DNA from: Marsupella aquatica
Lineage: Eukaryota > Plantae > Marchantiophyta
Reading direction: 5' to 3'
NCBI GenBank assembly: GCA_973895155.1
Contig: OZ316894.1
Coordinates: 18,328,805 to 18,392,804 of the forward strand
Length of the DNA: 64,000 nt
Numbering within the stretch: position 1 is the stretch's first letter; each line of letters starts with the position of its first letter. The notes beneath the pieces were generated by a model. That model had not been told where the DNA came from and did no database searches. It worked only from the letters and a program-made list of their open reading frames with translations. This document shows, piece after piece, positions 49,775 through 62,530 of this stretch. Both the position numbers and the translations under genes were made by a program.

Positions 49775-52336
49775 ATCCCTTCTTACCGTAGCTTCAATCA
49801 GTTCACCAGTATGTGCCCTTTGAGCAAGAACACTTTAGTGTACAGAGAAGACTGAGATGATAATAGATCGAAGCTGATGAATACCTAAACCCAAGCGGAG
49901 TTCTGTACCGACCTAACGTTTTGAATTTCGGATTGAGGCTTCCCCTCCGTTGTCTTCTCTACATTTTTCATAGGAAAATGAATGAGAAACGTATCAACAG
50001 CAAGTGTGGTCGAATTGTTTCAAGAATGAGACAACCCACAGTTCTTCTAAGTGATGGGATGGACGTTTTGCTCGTCGGTCTTAAGATTGCATCAGAAAGG
50101 TTAGGGGGTTGCGCACGAGACCAGAAGGCTGAGGGGTATTTGAGGGTCATTTGCGGAATCACAAACAAAGGCTTTGGATGATACAGTGAGTTGCGTTTGT
50201 AAATTAGTTCCAACAGTGAATCTAAGAATATGTTTCTCACCATTCCTGGCAATTTTCTTGACCTTCTGCTGCTGCTCGTTCTTCAAGAAAGGGAAGAAAT
50301 TCTGTGAAGCAAGCACGTTCCCGACGACAAATATGCAGATTTCAAGGCTCCACCACGGCCCAATGGATTTCTGAAATCACAATGCACCAGCAGACTGCCA
50401 AAACCAATTTTGACAGCTTGCAATTACAAATTAATGTCTACTACAGTTGTTCAATGTGGCGCATTGGGAGCTCCCGTAGTTAGAAGGATATACAACTGGA
50501 GCTGAATGGCGATATTGTCACAGAGCGTAAAGATGTAGGCCCGGATTATAGCGAGGAAAGAATTACGGACAATGACCTAACCTCTGTTTTCCGGGTTAAT
50601 TTCTGCCTCAACCGAGCTTGTAAGTACAGAAGATTTTCGTGCCGGCTTCACTGTTTTTGGTTGTCTATTTGAAGGCAAAACTTGATAGAACGAACCGATT
50701 CGTTTCTTGCATGCAAGAACTTGAAGGATCAAATGGGTTCAACGACGGATTGAAGGAGATGTTTCTGGTCCGTAATTGTGCTTTGCAAAGTTCTTTCTTG
50801 GGTTCAGATATTTCTGAAATCTGAAGTGGTATTTACTTTTCTGCATTCAAGTGCAGATGTGTAGTGGACTCGGTTTCATTTGCATTTTGCAAACAGTGAA
50901 CAAGGTTAACAAGGTAGCGGGAACCGAGCAAGTTTCGGAAGATTACTTTGCGTCGTGGATTGGCCAAAGTGTCTTTGATTGATCTTCTCGACCTGTTGAG
51001 TGCTAGGGCACTTTTGTGTACCCTGTGGACATCGTCTTTCACTGAGCCACGAGAAAGTGTGGTAAGAGTGCAAAGCAGACCTTTTCCTTACGAACATGTC
51101 TGTAATTTATATCGGCTGCTCCCCCCGGCCCCCCCTCCCCCAGTGCACAAGTTCTTGTTAAAATTTACAGCATTCCGCCGTGAAGACCACAACACATAAG
51201 ACTTGACAGATTCGACAGCGCTATGGTTTTCCATGTTATCATTTTTTAAAGCGAATTCTCGATGCTCATCATCATTCGGCGGTTTGCATAAAAAAACTGG
51301 ATCCAGTTGGTGTCAGTTGCAAACAAAGGCTTCTATCATTTGCAGGGGGAGGAGGTGCAATCCAGGACTCTCGAGGCTTTCTTCGTCTATACGCGGTTTT
51401 CCAGCAGGGAATAATGCTGAAATGTACTAGTAGTGAACACCACCTAGAATCTTGTAACGGAAAAACCCACCAAAATCAAAAACTTCACAATTCTTGAGAT
51501 CTTCCCGAGACCTGCATTCTTTCGTCATCAAACTGAACACACGTTCACCAAAAGATAGCCTCGACAGATTTTGGAGAAAGCACTCGAGACATAAACATAG
51601 TTTGTAAATATCACGAATCTGCTAAGGGTCAAAACCCTTGCTATTGTAATCTTAGGACCTGTTTGTATTCCTGTTTAATGCCAGCCCACAAAACTCTACT
51701 TCGTAAGGTTTTGTGGCAAAAGGAACAAAATTGCTTGCCTCTTCTCCAGAAATTTATAGCTTCACCTTCATCCTCATGCGCGGGTGGAAGGTATTTACAG
51801 AGCCAATCTGTCGAATAGGGCACAAGATTATCTTACGAGTCTCAATCCGCATAGAAGGTGTGCATCCACTACTGTAGCTGAGTTTATCAACCAGCAATCA
51901 AAGTTATTGTCTTAGATGCAGACAAGTGTCATCATTACTGGTGCCCAATACTTGTAGGAGAACATTTCGTTACTGAGATACAGTACAAAATGTTCTTATT
52001 TGTGTATTAAGTCTTGAAGCACAGAAAACCTCTTCCAGGTTCGTCTGGAGTGAGGAGTGTCGGTACCTGAGTGCAGAATTAACGTCCTACCACTCCCAGG
52101 TCCATCCTGTTGTATTGGGAAAAAACAGTTGTAAGGGCCACATCTTCAGCAAGGAACTTCGTGTAGAATTCTAGGAAATTGATGCATTTGCACCAAGTCC
52201 GACAGTCCAAGATGCTACGTTAGATAGTCCAGAGGGTTTGTGAACTTAATTGACAGTAATGCTACACGATGGCCCTGTATTTCTCTATTGGCTTCTCATC
52301 AGGCAGCTCTTATCTGCACGTTATTTTAGTCAAAAT

Positions 52337-55300
52337 TTATCGAAAAACTGTGAGTACATATAGCTCTCGGTCGTCTGTTTGAGCAATGGTTTGGTTGAAG
52401 TCACCTAGAGTGGACTGTGGAGTAGTAGTAGATTGAGCTTCAACATTATTTGACTTGCTTGGTGATGGAAGTATTGCGGGCTTCCCCGTCACATGCGTTG
52501 ACTTCTTGGCAGGGAAATCTGGCTGCCCTGTGGAGGTGACAGTCCGGTGCCACATATTACTGTTCGGGTCCACCATACGTGGAACTTCTATCACTTTCGG
52601 TATTGGAAGGAATACATAGTGAGTATTCACAAGACCAATGGTAACATCTGTGTAACCAGCAAAAGCTCCATGAACCTGGATAGTCCAAACACCGTCCACA
52701 ACATGATTAGTAAACTATCTTTGGAAGATGCGTATTTTGAAAGGTGTTTTTCTTTATTCCATTTCAGACGAGCAAGGTGAGAAAAACAGAGAACTTTGAC
52801 TTCCCTTTTGCTGAGCCCATCACTTCGGCTGAATAACAATTCCAAAGCTATTCCGTAAATTGCGTTCTGGAGCTCAGTAAGACCCAAAATTCCTTCCTCT
52901 CGAAGAACTTTTGGCCTTTGAGAGACTCAATGATATCAAATTTGCTACGACACATCTAAGACCTGATACCAAAGGTACTGAAAACAATGTCAAAATGGTT
53001 GCACACAAGCCAGCTTGTGCACTACAATTCCGTCAAACCATTCTTACCGCATTTTGTCCAAGCACACTGCAGAAGATATGGTCGGAGGAGTTACACGCTC
53101 TGGCCCTGATCATGTAGGTTGGATCAATGTACTTGACATCCACAGACATCTTAATCTTCTTAAAGTAATCTTTCACCTGCATGATCCAATGGTTCAGATT
53201 TTGCACTTTCTGGTATTGCATGTTTCTTTCTCATTAGATGATGACCATTCTAGTCCCGATGAAATTTTATAATCACGAAGACCCTAGAGCAAAGTTTCAG
53301 GCACACTGCAAAACATGGAGATATCAACTTAACTTGATAATTTTCGGGAAAGTGAAGTACTTATTCGTACTAAAAGCGGTACTGTTTTCCGAACAAGAAA
53401 AAGAAAAGCTGCATTATTAGTTTGAAATTCGCAAGTGGCCAACCTGACTCTGAAACCATTTGCCAATGTCGCCGAGAATAGGATTCCCCCCAGCATCTAC
53501 TCCACCGCTAGTTTCCAGGAGATCCTGAAAATGCGACGAAGTTTAAAGCCACGAGAGGCCAGACTAGTGTCAAAGTTCCAACAAAGACCTTGGAGGCTCC
53601 AATAAATCCTAGCAAATACTTACCAGAGTCCGTTGTTTAAACGGTGGCTATTTAAAGTAAAGACATTGAATACGGTGATGATATTTGTCAAGAGATATGC
53701 ACCACAAAGACTACCCCAGAGCGTCACTAGGCACGAGTACTTGAAATGCTCTGCTCTCTGCAAATCTGTGTATGAAATTTCCTGTTAAGCCGGCAGCGAG
53801 ACGACCTAAATGGGAACGGCCCTCAACTTTCCAGTTGAAATTCAACTATTTCGCACTTCAATCTCATATCATTTGACGACCTCACCTGCCCTGCGCCCTC
53901 TGCAACAACAACCACACAAAGGCCGTTGCTATCCAGTTTTTTCTTCATGTAGTTATAGACACCATTTTCTCCCTCGAGTACAAATGGCACCTGGATGGCA
54001 GCTCATTCAAGTGATTAGTGCCGTCATTTTTAAATGATAGTCGTCACGGACATTCTAGACTTGTTTCAGATTCATGTTAGCTCTCTTTACGAAACTGAAC
54101 AGGACGAAAGGAGGAGCGATGTCATGATTGTGCGACGTTGAAAATATTTGTGAGTCAGGGAGGAGACATGCGGACCTCTGGGATCAGGACGATATCTACT
54201 TGGCCACTTGCCAACGTGGCGTACATGGCAATGAACCCGCTCTGTCTCCCCATCAGTTTCACAATAGCCACTCCATTGTAAGCACTGCTGGCCTGCATTT
54301 CTCAAGGAACATTCAGTCCATTCAGACTGTTTGCCAGATAGTTACAATGCAATTTTATTCTTGAAGAGGATTCAATTAGTTTCTAGAACCTCCAGGTACC
54401 AAAGAAGAGGACAAAACTGTGATGTCTGCTGATCATGATCACAATAGGAAGAGTCCTCTGCACGAAGTATAATTTCAGAGTTGCACGTGCTATTGTAACA
54501 CTAACCTCTACAAAGCCGGCATTGATTGCCCGCTGTGCTTCTTCAACTGATGTATCGAACCCAAAAGTTTTGTCAACTAGTTGCAGGTCATTGTCTATGG
54601 TTTTGGGAATTCCCACAACTGCGATTTTCATCTTGCGCTCCAGACACTGTTAGACAACAGAGTATTAGTTTTCCAGTAAGGTTTCCAGCTAGCCTCTCTA
54701 CGTATAGCTCAACAGAACGAAAAGGAAGCGACCAAAATTTTCAATTCTACACGTACCCTACGGAACCTTGATGCAATCAAATAAAACTGATCTTTTTGAG
54801 AATGCAACACTCACCTTCTGATATATTGCATGAGCCCCTGCGTGAGAACCATTTCCACCAATTACAAAAAAGAAGCTGATGCCCCAGCTCTGTATTAGAG
54901 AAAAATGAAATAGATCGCAGATGAGAATCCTTCGCATACTGTAATTAGAAGTAATACAACTGACAAGGAAGTCAGAGTTGAATTATGAAAAACTCGACAA
55001 CAACCTTGAGTAGGATCCATTATTCAGCTGTAAAAGATTTTGTCAATCTCAGATATGAGAAGAATTCGAGTCTAGAGTAGAATGGTAGCAGGCCCTCGTG
55101 GGCTTTCAGACAAAAAGGATGATGTGGTTTCTTGAGTATAATACTTGCATCTACATGTTGTGACCACTCTATCCTGTCTTCCAACTTGTTTTAAGTGTGT
55201 AATTGGAAACCTCTCTATCCCATCTGGGTATGACTGTTAGATATCTAAAGACCCCGTCTTAATTGTGGGATAATCTAGAGATCAGCTTAAGATAGGGGTG

Positions 55301-58300
55301 GTATGTTGAAAGCTATACAAACCTGCAGTTTATCAACAATATCGTTTAGATCGGGCGTACCACGAGATACGCCAATGAAGCTTCCGCCAGCCATATGTAC
55401 ACGTGCCACGGACTTGCGGGTCAGCTGTTTAGAGCACACAATCATATAGTGGTGCGTCACATAATGGATGACCAGATGCTTCCATTTTGGCTGAGCTGGA
55501 CTCTTTACAACGCAGGACTATTTGCAAGTGGTTGTTTTCTGTCAGGTGCTGCCGAGTCTTTGATGGAAATATTGCTATTGTTGAAGACAGTACTTAACTA
55601 GGTAATGAAAAAATCTCGCAGGGAGGCCCAGGTCCACCTTTTCGGAAGCCCCATTTTACACTAGAGTCAACGGTCAAATGTACTACTCAATTCCAACCTC
55701 CATCTGCACCCGTATTCCTAGAAAATGAGAGAGAGAGAAATAACTGTGACAGGTGGGTACTTGGGATCCACAAAGCCTTTGAAACCATACTGAATGCCCA
55801 AAATTTCCTTCACGCCGTATATGTCAAGGGTGAACACAACCTGTGAAGAAGCGAAAAGGGGGTTCACGAGTTATAATTGGAAAATGGAAGCATCAGTTCA
55901 CAAGATAAAGGATTCTGTTGGATTTCTGTGTTCGAAGGTTTCCACTAGCTACTAGAGACCTGACAAGCTTTAGTAAGTTCAGCCTAGCTGACAGTCACGG
56001 GAAATTGATATCTAAAACATAACGAATTGACTTCAAAAAACTTTGAAGCGAACGAATCCGATCCACAAACAGATGGCAGGATCGAAGGAGGAAATAACTA
56101 CAAGTGAGAAGAGTACCTGGCGGATGACATCATTCAGACCTGGACAAAGTCCTCCACATGTCACTATTGCCGCCTTCACCTGGTCATTTGACATGTGGCC
56201 TTCAGCCTACATACGGAAAGAGCCTTTTCCGCCAGCAAACGATGTTTTAAACTAGCCTATCACTCTAAGAAATGTTCGAGGTGACTTTTCAATTAAAGAT
56301 TTATTTGAGCAGTTTTCAGAAATTACAGATTCCCTTTCTGGGGGCTACTAAAACAAGTCTCAAACCAATTGAATGATTTAACCACCCAGAAAGGGTTTGG
56401 GTGTTACTTCTGCAGGGTCAAAGTACATCTGGGCCCGAGGACCAGCACGTTGAGCCCTGCATTGTCAAATTACCACGCACTCATAAGGAAGTGAGAAAGC
56501 TGTGTTGGCATGATGGACTGTCGTTTCTGTGGGCGTGTTATTGGGAGCCCCTACCACTTTGCAGCTCTCTATTAATGTTGCTGTAGAGATAAAGAGAACG
56601 GCTAAATCCATGGTGTGAACAACCAAAGCTTCCAGACACTGCTTCAATGGGAAACCCTCAGTTTGTCAGAGCATAATAGATTTCGAAATACAGATTTATA
56701 GCTTGCTTACTAGACATCTCACCCACGACGGAATAGATACCCGTCGTTCTCATAACGCACTAATTGAGCAGGAGCTATGCAATCATTCCGCCTTCTAGAG
56801 TTCAAACAACTGCATTATCTTGAAGTCTTCGAAAATGGAATTGGTCATACCAGAGGGGCTTGAATTGCCACTCGCCATTCTCTTCAAACTCGATTCCAAC
56901 GGATGTTGGGTTCCCATAGTGCACCACCTTCGATATCATGGCTCAGTGTTAGGATCACAACACATCTTCTAACTCTGCTTTCGGATACGATCCTAATTCC
57001 ACTAAGAAGATGCACAACACCTCACTTGCCTATGTACATGCACGGGGGCCCATCCATCATCCTAGCAATATTCTCGAGCATCATCAGACAACTATAGGCA
57101 GAATCCGAGTCTCTTTGGCAAATGTGGCAGTGCGCAAAAACTTGATCAGGCTAATTAAGGCACCGTTTAATAAGCACATGCAATTGGTTGTGACAGTCAT
57201 TTGATCTTGGGTCGTCCATTAGTGTTGATAGAAAGATATGGTTACCTTGAGAAGCACTCGATCTTCATCATGCACATAGAGTCGTCTCATGTTGTGCTCA
57301 CTTGACTGTGGACTATCTACGCCATCCGGTAATTGCCAAGTCCTGTAGAAGAAGCAGTTTTTTCAGTGCACTGACCTCATTCAGAGAGAAGTCTCCATAT
57401 AGGTCGTAAATTTCCTGATCAGAAAACTTAACTTAAAATACAGTACATCATTGTTACCTAATGTTTCTTACTCTCAAAACTATCGTAACTAAGTTCTAGG
57501 CTACTTTTCTAAATGGTTGAACATCCTAAAGCATGAGACCCACTCTGCGCAAAATGTTCTAAGTCAACAATGTAGCAGTGGTAAGCTAGAAGGTTCCTCT
57601 CTCTTAATCTGTTGATTTTATTGGGAAACACAGTTTTAATGGCAGCTTGGTTGGACGAGAGGCTCCTTTGCTAACATGGGATCATATATTACTTCTCGGG
57701 CATGAAACAAAATTCGTTAAAATGGTTTGTTCCTTGATGGTTATTTTCACTCTACCAAAAAACACAAGCGAAGTTGATCACATTCCCCAACAATACCAGA
57801 GCAGAGAGGAGTGAGAGAGAGAGAGACCCGGAATGAGCACGGTAGGTCGATTCCATGGGTATAATCGGCATGAGCTCCGACAAATGGGTGCAGGCGAACG
57901 GATCGTTGGTTTCACCTCGGCCACTGGCGTCGTTCGGCCTCCTCGCCATGTCTGCTCCTCGAGGAGAACCAGGAGGAGAAGGAGAAGGAGAAGGTGAGGG
58001 AGAGGGAGAGACTGGTTTTGCCGGCCTCGCCTTTGACGGCGAGGGCGACAATGATGGGCGTCTGCTGGAACTACTGCTCGACGAGGGGCGTCTGTCAGGT
58101 GGCGCGCTTCTAACAGGGGATGGGCTCTTCTTTCCTTTCAAACCATTCGGGTGTTGTTTGCAAACGTTCCCGCCTGGCGCAGGCCCACGAGGGGACAATT
58201 GAAGTGGCGAAGAAGAGCCGCTGATGGTAGTGGTGACAGTTCCACGCAATCCGTAAGTAGTAGTTGCAGCAGCAACACCACCGCCGGATCCAGCAGTCTG

Positions 58301-58522
58301 ACGACGGGGAGGAGAATCTCGTGGGGACCTTTTGGGAGCAAACCTTTGCAGGAATGGGTCACTGGTTACCCGATTGTTTCTGGAATGAGGGAATTCGGGC
58401 GATCCCGACCGAGGATATTTTTTGGCCAATGGTCTGCCGAGGCGTGTGAGTTTCACGGGCTTTGCTCCTTTGCTTGGATCTGCACAAGCGGTATACAAAT
58501 CCAATTCAACCCGAGCACTCAT
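52337..58522 (-). CDS. PFK: ATP-dependent 6-phosphofructokinase, plant PFK5-type (subgroup B), with long Ser/Pro-rich N-terminal extension (721 aa from ATG 58522)
   Basis: Exons 58522-57828, 57342-57246, 56927-56851, 56456-56408, 56179-56117, 55840-55745, 55424-55323, 54889-54815, 54646-54506, 54292-54176, 53990-53886, 53524-53444, 53176-53048 and 52675-52337 are phase-consistent (2166 nt). Motifs: [67 protein letters not shown]. Confidence 0.95.
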
Positions 58523-59284
58523 TCATACATCCGCAAAGCTTGAACAGAATGGATTGATTGAATGGTTGATTCATCTTGCAGTGCATTGTAAGATGATGCC
58601 CTTAATATGGCCTTGAAATAGAGTGGAATTGTTTGCTGTGTGGCGTAGGGGTTTTCTCGTTGTGACGTATCACGGATGCACATCTCATGGACACGACTGA
58701 AGGAAATTCAAAAGGCTGACCTCTCCAAGTATGTTGGCGGTGGGCAAAGAAGGACAATAGAATTGCGGCACGGACTGGGATCATTGCGTCATGATCAGGT
58801 ATCATGGATGCACATCTAGAGACAAGACCGAATGAACAAGCTGACAACACCAAGAACATAATTGATGCGTTGCGCATCCACCAAATGACCTTTTCGCTCA
58901 AGAACGAATTTTTTCTTTCGCATTGTATATGTCATGAAGACCAAGACTGTTTGTCGAAGAGGATGAGGAACCTAATCAGGAGGATGATGATCGCTGTACA
59001 GTACCGTCCCACATCTACTGACAGGGATTTTTTTGTTGGTATTTTTCGATTGTAGCATGAACGAAAGAATGAATGATCGCTTCGATCTCTCAATTTCGGA
59101 ATTTACGACAATTCATCTATTCATCTATTCATCCATTCTCTCTCTCTCAGGCCATCATTGAAACATTAATTCTCATTCTCTCTTTCTCTCCCTCTCTCCT
59201 TGTCTCAAAAGATTATGAACATCTTGACGAAAGTGGATTAGCCAACGAGATACGGACTCAATGTGGGAGGAGAAGAGGTGAGAC

Positions 59285-59468
59285 CAGTTATGCTCCTGCA
59301 TGGAGTCCCTAAGCAGGTCGGTGACGAAGAAGGGGCAGTGAAGATTGGCGATCGACAAGAAGGAACCACGCCGGGTTTGGCCGAGCCTGTGATTCTCACT
59401 GGTTTGGCACCTTTGTTGGAATCACCGTGACTATATGCGATACCCAGACAATGATTTAGAAAGTTCAT
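59285..59468 (-). CDS. Probable additional first coding exon of the PFK gene
   Basis: ATG 59468 to a phase-1 donor (ACT G|gt at 59284) joins in frame to the acceptor tgtgcag|AT at 58479. It encodes DSNKGAKPVRIT, a repeat of [12 protein letters not shown] in the next exon. Confidence 0.6.
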
Positions 59469-59584
59469 GAATGCATCGGCGTGAATCTCCTCACCCAACT
59501 CAGCCCTCAGCCTGATCAATTCGACTACGAGAAGAAGACGACCAAGAAGAAGAAGATGCAAGCTACAGACTGAGCATTGAAGCA

Positions 59585-59671
59585 AAAGATTGTATGCATC
59601 GATTCAAAGGCTAAAGTGCCCAGAGAAAAAGATTGTGTGCATCGATTCAAAGGCTGAAGTGCCCAGAGAAA
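59585..59671. repeat. Direct tandem duplication, 2 x 43 bp, upstream of PFK
   Basis: aaagattgt.tgcatcgattcaaaggct.aagtgcccagagaaa occurs twice. Confidence 0.9.
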
Positions 59672-60630
59672 GGCCGCTGAGCCTCAAGGGGCACGAAAAC
59701 TTGCTGATCTGAGACACAAGTAGATTCATGAATTGTCAAGGTTCTGTTTCCTGCGCACACTTTCTCCCCCCTCGACGCCAAACGCACACTCCATTAAACC
59801 TCTATAGCCTTTTCACATGAAGAGGTGCCACCAAGTCCCCCAACTGTTTGAGAATGGTCATGACTCTTGACGACTTTAGCCCTCTTTTGACTGTTGCAAC
59901 AGTTTGGGCGGCTGATGTAATTCCACCTCAACAAGGCTTTTATTCCCAGAAACCTTCATAATCAGCAATGAACAATCACCTCTTGGCCTAAACCTTTTAG
60001 CACAAATCAAGTCAAAAGTGGGCCCAATAGAACTCTTCCTCATAAGCCGCAATGAGAAGCTAGAGTTGGGGTCTAGGCTTCTAGAGTGAAACCTCTAGAC
60101 TGTGACTCTAAGGCCCCACTAAAATTATGTATCAAAAAAATTAAGAAATTTATGTGAATAAAAAAAACAATGAGATGTTATGAATGTAAAAATGATGATA
60201 AGGTATGATAATTTTTGTCATCATTTCTATAAATATTCAAAGAATTGGGATGGCTCTATACCAGAGTATGAATAGAAGATAGTTGAAGGAAGTCTTAGCA
60301 TTATAAACCTCATCCCTGTTAAAGAACCCGTTAGGAGTACATGAGAGTGATTTCTGGCTTATGGGCTTACACACAAGCTCATTTCAGGCTGGACCAGTGG
60401 GTTTAGGGCTTATTTAGATCCTTTCCTGCTAGCTGAGGGTAGCCACATTGTTGTCATTCACTTTTAAACCGCCAGTGCCACCCCTCAGGTTCTGGTCATA
60501 TCCTAACCCCATAGTAAGTAGAACTCTCACTAATAAAATAAGAAAGTTGGCAAAAAAGGGGCTTATTTGTCCCCCCACACTTTGTATGACAGTTGAGGCT
60601 TAAGTTGTCGTGTATGGTTAAGGTGAAAGT

Positions 60631-60987
60631 TAGGTCAGGATGATTCCAGATTCCTGCAAAGCTTCTACTCTGATAAAAGGGTATCACATATGATGAATAT
60701 ATTTCTGGTCCACAATGGCAGAGTTGTCAACCTTGAGTACCTTTGAAAACACTAAATTTCAGAACAGAGTATTACCACTTGGCCACACTAGTATGAACAC
60801 CTAGCTAGGTAGGTCATGATGATGCCAGATTCTTGCAGAACTTCTACTCTAAAAAAAGGGTATCACATATGATGGATATATTTCTGGTCCACATTGGCAG
60901 AGTTGTCAACCTGGGAACCTTTGAAAACACTCAATTTCATAACAAAGTATTGCCACTAATTGGCCACACTAGTATGAACACCTAGCT
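60631..60987. repeat. Direct tandem duplication, 2 x ~178 bp
   Basis: taggtca.gatgat.ccagatt...gggtatcacatatgatg...ggccacactagtatgaacacctagct occurs twice. Confidence 0.92.
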
Positions 60988-61997
60988 CCTTTCCATGACA
61001 TCCTAGCCCCTCGTTCAAACCTGGCCCTAGCTTTTCTTCTTGCAAGAGTTAAGTGCACCTTGCATATCTTGCATCATGAAGAGCTAGTCCCATTGGTGTG
61101 CTTGGACACTAGAAGGAATCATCCAAAATATTTGGACATGGGCAAATAGATTACATAGGGCATTTGGTTCTAAGATTCGTTTTACTGACATTTGATGCGT
61201 TGAGAAGACTGCAATATGGAGTGATGGGAAGGACTAGATGGGAGTCACCTAGAAGGATCCACCTGAATGTCTTTTAGAGTGGATTCTTTGAGGACCATCA
61301 CATTCAAGATGGCCCTTAGGTGATGCCATTTGATGGTCCGTGGTTAAGATGAGTGGTACTTTCTCTCTGGATAGGTTTTGCTTATCACTCCTCAACTTTA
61401 GGTGCTCTTTATGAGCTTACCTTCTATCTTATCTTCCCACAATACTTCTTGGCCTTATGCTAGTTCTCTTAACGGTTTAAAACACTGATTCTTTAATTTG
61501 CTACTTCGCTTATTTTCCAAAATGGGTTTCACTTTCCTGTCCCCCAAACTAGTCAAAATTGCTAACTTGACCCCAAAACTAATTTAATTATCAAGTTGCC
61601 CCCCATTTTGTAAGTGGGTTGGCTTATCCAGACTAGGCTAACCAGAGATGGCACATAATGGTCTGGAGGCCCCGCTGGAGGCCTACAATTCGTCCAAGCT
61701 AACTCCCTCCTACTGTAACAGTGACGGAAATGAGGGGGATCAAAATTAATGCATTAGTTTTGCTCAAAGATAGTAGTCAGCAACTGTGTTCCGGTGAGTG
61801 TTGGATGGAGAAATCTGGTCAAGGGTGTGAAGGTTGGAAGAGTTAGCATGGGTACACTGCAAGCCTCCATATGTCCATGAACTGATTGCTTGTCATGTTA
61901 AGCCAATATATACAAAACTAGCCCCATGCCCGTGCCCCATGCCTGTGCGTTGCCCCATGCCAATTTATACAAAACTAGCCCCATCCCATGCGTTGCA

Positions 61998-62530
61998 CAA
62001 AAGATGTTGAGGAGAAAAATGATGTTGAAGTGAACAAAAGATGTTGAGGTGATAAAAGATTTTGAGGAGAGAAAAGATGTTAAACCACAATTTGTAATAC
62101 TCATACTCCGGGTGACCCGGAGTACTCACTCAAGAAACCCGACATTCACGAGTGCGGATAGGCGCCCATCAATAGCCCTCCAATCAACCTTCACCATAAT
62201 CTCATCCGCCCATGAAACTCAGTGATCTGCAGCTCATTTTGAAGATCTCATTGAGATCTACGTCCCAGAAAAATTCGCACTAGAAAATGATGCAAATGAA
62301 GGAGAAAATACTGAAAAACAAATGGGGGCTTCTGATTGGTTGGGCAGGTAAGGGTTGTGGTCATTTTCTCATTTCAACATTTTTCTCTCCTCACATTATT
62401 TCTCTCCACTATATCTTTTGCTCACCTTGACATCTTTTCTCTCCTCAACCTTTAATTTCTATCACCTCAACATCTTTTTTCTCTCTTTGACATCTTTTAT
62501 CACCTCAACATCTTTTGCTCACCTTAAACC
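61998..62530. repeat. Inverted pair of short-unit arrays (foldback-like)
   Basis: aaagatgttgaggag/tga units at 61998-62081 face their reverse complement (acatctttt.ctc.cctca) at 62370-62525. Confidence 0.7.

Noticed and set aside
56722-56794. Extra AG/GT-bounded segment inside a PFK intron ([10 protein letters not shown]..)
   Set aside because: The flanking exons already give the conserved W-x-x-RAGPR junction; nothing supports inclusion.
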